A stretch of 64,000 bases of DNA from Lepidodermella squamata (Eukaryota > Animalia > Gastrotricha), in assembly GCA_047495785.1 (NCBI GenBank), contig JBLDXI010000025.1, positions 1,054,001-1,118,000 of the forward strand, in the 5' to 3' direction. Made by a program: the position numbers and the translations under genes. Within the stretch, counting starts at the first letter, position 1. Each line of letters begins with the position of its first letter. The notes beneath the pieces were generated by a model. The model was not told where the DNA came from. It saw only the letters and a program-made list of their open reading frames with translations, and did not search any database. Of this stretch, positions 12,640 to 21,322 are shown piece after piece.

Positions 12640-13150
12640 GATGAACTCAGAAAACGACGCCCAAGTCTGTGAAGAGGCGAATCCGGAGACAGCTGTCTAG
12701 GCCTTGCCTTGCCTAGGCCTTGCGAGGTCTCGGCTTGAAACATGAAAAGAGGAAGCGGCGGCGGTGCGGCGATGACGGCCGGTTCAAAAGCTGACCGCAG
12801 TGATGGCAGGATAGAAGGATGGTGGTCGAGAAACACGACGTCGGCCGGCGGTATGGGCAACAACGCCACCAACAGCGAATAGGCCATGCTCAGCAGCGCA
12901 GTTGTTGGGAATGAGCTTTCGAGCGGCGCCAAAAATGACACCGTAGGCGAGGGCGATCACAGCCAAGGTCGTGACGAAACCACCAGGCAATGTAGCAACG
13001 ATTGCGACGAAATCGCCGCTCATTTTTCGGCAGCGACCGTCGATGCTGTTGGCAATTTTATCGCGCCGACGTAGTCGTTGTAGTAATTTTCGTTGTATTG
13101 GTCGATGTCGAGCAGTACTGCAAGTCCGGGCGTAACCGGGCGTAAAAATT
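12640..13150 (-). pseudogene. Frameshifted paralogue of the 16140-16763 membrane-protein cargo gene
   Basis: DFVAIVATLPGGFVTTLAVIAL...AEHGLFAVGGVVA matches DFGNVLMALAAGFGAALSMLAL...AEQGLIAVGAVVA. In other frames, TTKITTTTT matches the Thr tract and IAAPPPLPLFMF matches IVAPPPPTFVF. Confidence 0.65.
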
Positions 13151-13167
13151 CGAAATCAATACTTGAT

Positions 13168-15720
13168 TTATCGCTTGTTGAACACATTCAACTGGTGCCA
13201 TTTGTTGAAGCAGGTGTTCATGTGAAAAGCAGGATGAGAACCGTCCTCTTTCGGCGGGCAAGCCAGGCACCAATGTGAAACCCTGCCGCCGCAGTTCATG
13301 CAAGGGCGCTCTTTTTTACCAGGCATTTTGGTAAGGTCATGAATCTCGGCTTTCGAGCTGCTGCTGGACGAATCGTTGCTTTTTGATGAATCGAAGGACT
13401 CAGAACTCGCCACTGAGCCATCATCTCCTATCATTCCGAGCAGAGCTCTGATGACTGCTTTGCGAAATTCAAGAAGCGACATCCGAGAGGTATTTCCGCT
13501 TTGCAACTTGAAGAATTGATGGGCAGCAATCATGCCGCTCTCAAGAATCCTGAAGAAAATTTTTCGATACCATTTATACGACTTCCTATTTGCATCATAG
13601 TACGCGGCCTGAAAAAATTATAAAAAGATAAAATATTCACGAAGAGCTCAAATATGTTTGCTCACATTTTGATCGTGACAATCCACCCCATTCATTGATT
13701 TATTGTATTGATCGATCATGAGAGGTTTCATGACAGTCTTGATCCTTTTAGCCGGTGGCTCGCTCATACGTGGTGCCGCATCGTCATCGTCGTCGAGTTT
13801 GCGCTTCAGGCCGGTTTCAGACTCAGCATCATCATCCTCTCCATCTTCGCTATCGCCCTCTGAACCCGAAGCTAGAAAGTACTTGGAAATGGCAGAATCG
13901 TTGTCGCCGCTATCATCGCCGTCAAATTCGGCTTCTGAATCTACTTCCACTCCGGTAGAATCTGCCTCAATCTCTTGATATACCGACCTTTGCCCTGTTT
14001 GCGTTTCATTGTGCTCGATAACCCGTTGAATTCGAGCCGGAAGGGCAATCGGAATCATTTCTGGGGCGAACTCAGTCGATAGCATAAGAACTTCGCGATT
14101 GTCCTTCCATTTGAGTACATTGACATCGTCTTGTCTTCGGCAAATTATTTCACCTGTCTTCAAACTAGCTTGAACCACTTCGGGCGGGTTTCCGACACGG
14201 TTTTTTTTCAGAGTTCCGGTTAGGTGAGTTAGATTAGCCAATAGGTATTTAGCGAGTTCGACGGAAGTGTAAAAATTGTCGACAAAAAGCGAGTGTCCTT
14301 TGCCAAGAAGGTATTTGATGAGCGATTTCACGACTGAAAATGTGTGACCTTTGCCAGAAATAATATCATCTTGAACATTATCCGCGCCTGAGTAGACATG
14401 GAAGCGAAGAGGGATGCCAGTAGATGATTCACACAGCATATAGATCTGTAAAATAGCAGATTGAAAACCAAGGTATTCGCACTAGTCTCTAGTCTCACTA
14501 GATCGAGCCTGATCTTCGAAAATTAAAATTTTAGCTTCGAAATTAAATTTTTGGATTCAAAAAGTAAAATCCTAGCTTCGAAATTAAAATGTTGGCTTCG
14601 AAAAGTAAAATCCTAGCTTCGAAATTAAAAGTTTGGATTCGAAAAGCAAAATATTGGCATAAGTTCTAATCCGATAGTATCCGAGATTTTGGTAGTATCA
14701 TTTTCAAGAATATCACTTGATTTGGTATTCGTGCATATACCGATTTTTTGTTATTTTTCTGAGCTTTTATTCTGCTCCAGAATTCCAGAAATAACGGCTA
14801 CTTATTCTATGTTTTTATAGCTAAAATATAAGTCGTAAAATGGCAGCAAAGCTGAACGTAAAGGGCATTGGGAAAGGTTCTCCAGATATTTTCGAATTTT
14901 TTCATTTTTTATTTTCATTGCCTAGCGTTTTGATGAAAAATTAGAAAAACGGTTTTATGATTTCCGTGGGGTTCTGTCTCAGTCAAAACATGGCCATAAA
15001 TTGTCTCAAAAATCCCGCTAAAACTAAAATTGCATTCCGATTTTGATATATATTTCATTTTATAGAACCTTTGGCCTATCTTACCTTTATACCGAATTTC
15101 GCCTTTTTCGCCTTGTTGTACGACTTGAATGCCAGCCTTCCCTTGAAAAGTACTTGAGATTCATCGATTGCCAGATTTTTGCCAGGTGAATAAAGGTCAT
15201 TCATCCGATTTTGATAGAAGTTTAGAACAGGTCTGATTTTATAGAGGCGATCGGTTTTGATGTTTTGCGCCAGAAATTGGTTGTTGTTGAAATGAAGATT
15301 TGACAAAATCGCTTCAAATCGATTTCGAGACATCGTCAAATTGAATATCGGTGTTGCCATCAGTTTGTCCTCCGTCCAGTAACTTGCGATTGTAGGCTTT
15401 CGAATCACTCCCATTAGCAGCCATAAACCGAAAAATCGCTCAAGCTCCGGAACTGTCAATGGCACCCAGTCGTTGATTCTGGCGTTGGGTTTAAGCCCAA
15501 TTTGACGTAATTTTTGATTGGCATATCTATTCGTTTCCTTGCACACCATTTCGAGAAACTCGATGGTGAAAATTAGCCGGAAAAAACTAACTGGGGACAA
15601 TCGACCGCAATCAGGCTGGATTTTAAGTTTTTGGGCTCCGGTGAACGGAAAAGATAGAGGCGGCTCATCGGAATTGATCCATCGCTGGCATCCATGAAAT
15701 TCGAGACATAAATCTGAATT
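13168..15720 (-). CDS. piggyBac transposase (PGBD4-like), spliced; 5' start unresolved
   Basis: Exons ~15720-15085, 14445-13666 and 13608-13168 join in frame (KFGIK|IYMLCES; DQN|AAYY). Motifs MSRNRFEAILSNLHF, AIDES, FVDNFY, GVDCHDQ, KWYRKIFF and a C-terminal Cys-rich CMNC..WCLAC..HMNTCFNKWH. Confidence 0.93.
14513..14655. repeat. Minisatellite (~20-bp unit, ~40-bp higher-order dimer) in the transposase intron
   Basis: About seven alternating units of the types GCTTCGAAATTAAAAnnTTG and GATTC/GCTTCGAAAAGTAAAATCCTA. Confidence 0.8.
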
Positions 15721-16139
15721 CTGAAATTCGAAGTTTGAAAATTCTAAATTGTACGCCTTTCAGTGCTAAATCCCGGGCCGTTAGGAATTCACCGCTTGAC
15801 CGCACGCGGAAGCATATGTAAACAATACTGCGTGGTCGAAAAACAAACAAATCCGGAGGCGAGTTCCTGCAAGATGCCGCACCGCGCTATACGTGAAAAT
15901 TTCAGGATAATTCCCGGATCAAAATTACAAGACACAAGACCGAAAATCCGCCGATTAAATATTTTATTGCATCATTGCAAAGTAAGAAAAGCCGGAAGCG
16001 AAATACAACAATACAATACAAAACGAGTCATCAATCAACAACAATACAAATTCGCAATACTGAGAACTGAGAATACAAAAAACAGCGATAGAAAAATTGT
16101 CAGTAAGATACGAAATGTTCAAAACAGGTAAACAGCAGC

Positions 16140-16763
16140 TCACGCGCGCCTTGGACGGCCGCGGCCGCGACGAGGCGCCACCGGAGCTGGCGCAACAGGT
16201 GGCGCTGCTCGAAACACGAAAGTAGGAGGCGGCGGTGCGACGATTGCCGGAATGGCGGCAGGCTGAATGGTGGCTTCGATTGGAGGCGGTGGCAGAATCG
16301 GAGGAAGATTCGGCAGAATCGGCTCGGCTTGAGACTGAACAGCCGGCGGAGGAGGTCGAGCAGGTACCTGCCGCTGAGCAACAACAGCGCCAACTGCGAT
16401 TAGGCCTTGTTCTGCAGTGCCGTTGCCTGGCTTGTAGGGCACAGGGTATCTGCGGCGAAAGCAACACCACCAGATGAAAAATATAAAAAGAGAACACGTC
16501 AGCGCCAACATCGACAATGCCGCCCCAAAACCGGCCGCCAGCGCCATGAGCACATTGCCGAAGTCGGGAGTAGCCGGGGTCGTTGTAGTCGCACTTGTCG
16601 CAGTTGTCGGCAATGTCGCCGTCGAAGTACCAGGAGCAGACCAAGCGGTTGTTGTTGTCGTCGTCGTTGTTGTTGTGGATAGAGCAAGCAAACCCGGCCG
16701 CGCTGAACGGGTGACGATGCCGTATCCTGGCTGATAATAAATATCGAAGTCAAAAGTCGACAT
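16140..16763 (-). CDS. Single-pass membrane protein: Thr-rich N-terminus, TM-WWCC, Pro-rich tail, C-terminal AT-hook-like motif (piggyBac cargo)
   Basis: 207-aa ATG ORF with poly-Thr tract, hydrophobic segment ending FFIWWCCFRRR, Pro-rich region and terminal PRRGRGRPRRA; AATAAA at ~15963-15968 on the minus strand; a decayed paralogue in the same element supports coding status. Confidence 0.7.
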   Translation of the reverse strand: MSTFDFDIYYQPGYGIVTRSARPGLLALSTTTTTTTTTTAWSAPGTSTATLPTTATSATTTTPATPDFGNVLMALAAGFGAALSMLALTCSLFIFFIWWCCFRRRYPVPYKPGNGTAEQGLIAVGAVVAQRQVPARPPPPAVQSQAEPILPNLPPILPPPPIEATIQPAAIPAIVAPPPPTFVFRAAPPVAPAPVAPRRGRGRPRRA

Positions 16764-17248
16764 TATTCAGAAATTTGTTAGCTCGAATTTGCTTATTTTT
16801 ATTTTCTTTCCTCCTTTTGTAGTCACCTTTCAACCGTTTTACTGTATCATTACGTCGGCGTCACAGCCGACCGCGGTCTCGCTGTCTGCCAAAACAGCCG
16901 AGCGGCTCCAAGGGCAGGTCAACCGGCCGCGACGCCCACCGGCGCCGTTTCAAAGTCTGTAATTACTGACCGCGCACTACAACCGCCCGCCTCGCCACAG
17001 GTGCGCGCGCGCGCGCTTTCTCCACAGGTGCGCGCCCGATGCGCGCCCGGTGCGTAATCACACGCTCGAGTGAGGATCACGTATTTTATGTCAACGGCGT
17101 GGGACTAGAAAGGAATTAAATTGAAATGAAAATATTTGCCAAAGCCATTTCCGGATACCTGATGAGCCGTTCAAGCAATATATAGCCAGCTCCAAAAAGT
17201 CTCCAGTCACCAGATAAATTTTTCAAACAGAATTTCCGTTATTCTGTA

Positions 17249-18199
17249 ATGAAAGGCTTTTTTCATGTATTTTTTGCGGCGGCGCTTATTATGCCTGCGT
17301 GCTGCTTGGAAATAACTGAAATATCGCCAACTCAGGTCATTTCAGGTCGATACTATTATGACCAGCTGAAAGCTCAGAACAATTCTTGTGTCGATAGATG
17401 GCTTGAACACGCGAAAAAGTTGTGCGCAAACTCAGTGATGTCGTGGCAAAATGTCGCCGAGTCAGCTCTCAAATGCTATCTGTCGGCCAAAAACTCTACA
17501 AAAGCTATAAATTGTCCTATGACACAGCCTACAGAATTCGCCAGCCAAATTAATTGCTTGAAAAATTCTCTCGAAGTTTTAGACTGGCTCACTTACATGA
17601 TTTTCGTTGGCGAAATTCGCGAAATATGTAGCTATTTTTTATTTTTCAAGGAAGAAAATTCTCCTCTCTACATACTCGCTAGACACTTTTTTCAGGCAGT
17701 AGTTGATTGCTTTCCAATTGAAGGCCCCGTGATTGATTTTTTCTCATATTTCAAAGAGTCGACGCTTTTCGTCGCTGTTACTTCTCAAGTCTTTTACAAC
17801 GCTTCGCTTGAACAGTCTTTCTTGAGGTATCGAGTCTCATTCTACATATTTCACAATGTTTTTCTGACATTATTTCGACGAAAAAAATTCCTAATATCTT
17901 TGAATCTTGTTGCCTTCGCCGAGTTCGCTCTCCAAATTTTTCTCAAATCAAAAAGTGGGTTTGAATGGCGATATTTTCTTGGAGAGTATCTATTGACCAT
18001 TTTGCTTCGCTGGCTATTCATAATCCATTTCTTGATTTTTGGAGAAATATGGTCGCCTGTTCATAATTTATGGAAAAGGCTTAGCCATTGCTGGGACTAC
18101 AGTTCAACTTATCTCTGCAAACTAGGACGCGATCTAACCCCGCGAAAAACTGATGTTGCATCTGTCAAAACAAGGTCGAAAAAGAAATCCGAGGATTGA
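17249..18199 (+). CDS. GEX1/Kar5/Brambleberry-like Cys-rich-domain membrane protein (piggyBac cargo)
   Basis: Intronless 316-aa ORF: signal peptide, then GRYYYDQLK..SCVDRWLE..KLC...ALKCYL...NC...NCLKNSLEVLDWLTYMIFVGEIREICSYF (six-Cys spacing and TY..F.....IC tail of the Kar5/GEX1 CRD), several C-terminal hydrophobic helices and a basic tail. Confidence 0.62.
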   Translation: MKGFFHVFFAAALIMPACCLEITEISPTQVISGRYYYDQLKAQNNSCVDRWLEHAKKLCANSVMSWQNVAESALKCYLSAKNSTKAINCPMTQPTEFASQINCLKNSLEVLDWLTYMIFVGEIREICSYFLFFKEENSPLYILARHFFQAVVDCFPIEGPVIDFFSYFKESTLFVAVTSQVFYNASLEQSFLRYRVSFYIFHNVFLTLFRRKKFLISLNLVAFAEFALQIFLKSKSGFEWRYFLGEYLLTILLRWLFIIHFLIFGEIWSPVHNLWKRLSHCWDYSSTYLCKLGRDLTPRKTDVASVKTRSKKKSED

Positions 18200-18560
18200 T
18201 CTGAACCTTTTCGATTTTTTCTATGCCGGAAGGAAATTTTTTAATTTGTTGCGCTACTTTGGGAATTTCGACATAAAATTTGTGAAAAATTTGCAAATTG
18301 GGATAACTTGAAAATAATTGACCCTTCAGTATTTTACGGTAGCGGGAAACAATTTCCTTTCGGCAGCAGCTTTTTTCTTCAACTCGTCCGTCTCATTCAT
18401 TCGCGACGATGTTTTTTACATTTTGATTATTGGCTTTGCCTGAATTTCGTTCACTTCATTTATTCATTGAAATTTGAGTACCTCAATAATTGCTGATTGT
18501 ATCTTTTAGCTCCAGTAAAACAATGTTTGATGCTTTACTATTTTGTTTTTTATTTTAGAG

Positions 18561-19331
18561 ATGCAAGTATTTACAAATTTAGTTTCTACTGTGGTCGAGA
18601 GGCATCGCCTAGCTGTTCAGGAGACAAACCGAGAATTCTATGGAACCAGCCGATTGGAAGAGAGCGGTTCAACGGCAGAAGTAAGTCGCTTGAAAAATTC
18701 AATCCGGCAGCATTTTCGTATTTTTCCCCATTTGTAGAGCGATTCTCGACCTGGCGTGTATGACTTCGACAGTGAGTCGGAATCGATCTCCGCCTCGAGC
18801 TCTTCAACGCCATTGCAACAAAGCACCACGTCGGCGTTAGCGCCGCCAACAGCTGTATCCGCAATTCTACCGCTGAAAGACGCAGCGTCTAAAATTACGC
18901 CACTTCGACCGGTTCATCGGCTTCTTTTTGGGCGCAACGCGCGTCAATCGGAAGCAAATGAAAATCACCCCCACGGTCAATGGATCGCAAGAAGTTTCGC
19001 CGACCTGCCTGATGAAAATGAAACAAATAACATGATATTGTTAGGTTCGCATGTGCTGGAGCAAGAAATCATAAAATTGGCATATGAAATTCATAAAGAT
19101 AAACCTTTTTTGTTTGCGAAAAGAATTTTGAAAGAATGTGAAAGTCGTTCCCGGCAATTTGGAAAGGCATCAGTTTGGAATGATGCGGATTTGATTGACG
19201 ATGTAACAAAACTTGTAATGCAAAAATACGATCATTTTTTTCTAATTCGACGTGCTATTTGCCAAAATTTCGCTGAGTGTAATCGTAAAAAAAAAGCATA
19301 CGAGTCGAAGAAAAAATCGACAAAAAAATAG
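18561..19331 (+). CDS. BEN-domain-like putative DNA-binding protein (piggyBac cargo), exons 18561-18680 and 18738-19331
   Basis: A phase-0 GTAAGT...TTGTAG intron joins two ORFs. Ser-rich linker, then helical C-terminus FLFAKRILKE...DADLIDDVTKLV...IRRAICQNFAECNRKKK resembling BEN domains; Lys-rich NLS-like end. Confidence 0.55.
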
Positions 19332-20189
19332 CAATTTGTGCTTTGTGCGTGGTGATCAGTTTTTTGTTCTTGTTGCTTGAAATAAATGTTTTCGTTCAAA
19401 TGACTTTTGATAACTCCTGAATTATTTTCACCTGAATTTTTAGTACTTAGCAGTTTGCGCAAATAATAACGTTTCGAAAACAGGCTTCAAGCTTGATTTA
19501 CGCATTCAACAGCGAGGGCGAAGACCGTCTTTGTTTACCGACCGCACTTGAGAGTCACCCAAGGCGCGTCCGATTTGTTTGCATAACAGCTAACAGCGGC
19601 GATAAACGCGCGTGTTTTGTTTATTTTAAACCTTGAACAAACATAACGCAAAACGCGAAATCGCTATTCCAGCATCTCGCTAGGTGAAAGTTGGGTTTCT
19701 CCGGGGAGAAAAACTCACGTGAGAAAAAAATCTCCGGGAGAAAACTCTGGCAGTGAAAGAGAATAGCCTTCATCAACCATCTCCAAGTTCGGGAACCTTT
19801 TTTTGCAACCGGAATTATTTTTAATTATTAATTATTGTATTTATTTCCGTTTTAATTTTAAGCACCTTTTTAATTTTAAAAAATACGGTTTTCGTCTAAA
19901 AAAATGGAAAAAAATAGCCAAACCTCCGCCCACGGAATCTGAGTGGACAGGTGAAGTTTGGAAAATTAATAAGCTCACCTTGATTTTAAACAAATAGGTA
20001 AAGAAACCTCTAAATTTGGACACTCGTTCCCAAATTTGGACACCTCATTTGCATATGCTATTCGACCTTACACACATTTTATTCCTTGTTGCGCAATTTT
20101 TCTCGTGTTTTTAAAGGCGACTTTTGTAGCCACTTGACACTAAAATATTGCTACTGATAGGATTCACTCATCGTCAGATTTAATGCAGA

Positions 20190-20979
20190 TGTACGCAATT
20201 AAGAGATAGCTAATTTATTAAAAATCTTTGAGCAAAATTGTACAGAGTTGGGTCTGAAAATTAACGTTGCCAAAACCAAGTATATGGTGGTTAAAAACGA
20301 AGAAACGGACAAACCGCCCGAAAATCCTGACGATTCCCAGTTAAAAATAAACGGGGAGAGTCTAGAAAGAATAAATACCTTCAAATATCTAGGAAGCATA
20401 ATTAGCTCTGACGGTACTTGCACTCTGGAAATAGAAGAGAAAATGCAAAAGGCCGAGTCTTGTTTCGGGGCATTAAACAAATTCATAAATAATAAATCGC
20501 AAGTCAGTATCCCTGCAAAAATGAAGGTTAAGCGAGCTGTAATGACTCCGACACTCCTCTACGCTTCTGAAAGTTGGAATGCAACCGCGGCTCACCAATT
20601 GAGGCTGGATGTTGTGCAGATGAGGTGGCTTAGGGCTATAGCCAACGTCACTATTATGGATAAAATCAGAAATGATGACATAAGTAAAATCTGCGAAGGT
20701 ATAGAACCTATCTCAGCTCAAATAGAACATAACCGACTACGTTTCTTAGGGCACATTCTTAGAATGAATGACGATAACCTAGTCAAGCAAATATACTTAT
20801 GGACGCCACTAAAGGGCTGGCATAGGAAGTTAGGCAGGCCCAGAGTAGGATGGGATTATTGTAACACTCAAAGCTTATTGCAAGCAAAAAATCTTGAAAA
20901 TTACAAAAAATTTGTAAGCGTCTACAATGAAAAATGTCTAAATTGGGACAAAATTGGCATCTTTTTAAATTCTTTGTAG
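20190..20979 (+). mobile_element. RTE-clade LINE reverse-transcriptase fragment
   Basis: GLKINVAKTKYM, FKYLGSIISSDG, PTLLYASESW, RLRFLGHILRM and GWHRKLGRPRVGW are RTE-type ORF C-terminal motifs; the 5' part is missing. Confidence 0.88.
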
Positions 20980-21166
20980 TTTGAAGCTGTCCGAAATTAG
21001 CCGGGACAAAATGGGTTTTCTAAAGCATTTCCTGATCAAAATTTTCGTTTAAAAACGTTTTAAAGACGCTAATAGTAAACAAAATACGCGATTTATAAAA
21101 TTTCTGAGTTTTGTGACATATTTCGGTTGAAAACCGGTCAATCGGCAGCGGCTGACCGGCCGCGAA

Positions 21167-21322
21167 CATGAGACGTGCCAGGACGCCGAGGCTTCGAATC
21201 TCCTATAATAAAATCTGTGTAAAGCGAAACGGATTATTCATGAGCTCGTCGCATTGATTTGAGGCACGAGCTGATGTTTTTTGCCCCCTTTATCAAGCCT
21301 CGGCGTCCTGGTACGTCTCATG
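21167..21322. mobile_element. 156-bp MITE-like element with 28-bp terminal inverted repeats
   Basis: CATGAGACGTGCCAGGACGCCGAGGCTT (21167-21194) versus AAGCCTCGGCGTCCTGGTACGTCTCATG (21295-21322), one mismatch. Confidence 0.75.

Larger units (their letters stand above)
12029..19761 (-). mobile_element. Large (~7.7 kb) cargo-carrying piggyBac-family element
   Basis: Left end: TTAA (12025-12028) then CTCATTGACTGCCA. Right end: TGGCAGTGAAAGAG (19748-19761; 12/14 inverted match) followed by AATA rather than TTAA. The subterminal palindrome TTTCTCC(C/G)xGGAGAAA occurs near both ends (~12060-12076, ~19695-19711). A piggyBac transposase lies inside. Confidence 0.75.

Noticed and set aside
14513-14655. 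CRISPR or iteron array
   Set aside because: Degenerate intronic minisatellite without spacers; eukaryotic context.
15964-16644. 226-aa alternative-frame ORF
   Set aside because: Overlaps the 207-aa gene, whose frame is the one conserved in the paralogue; non-ATG start.
12029-19761. Teratorn-like virus-transposon fusion
   Set aside because: No polymerase, capsid, terminase or helicase motifs, and the element is far too small.
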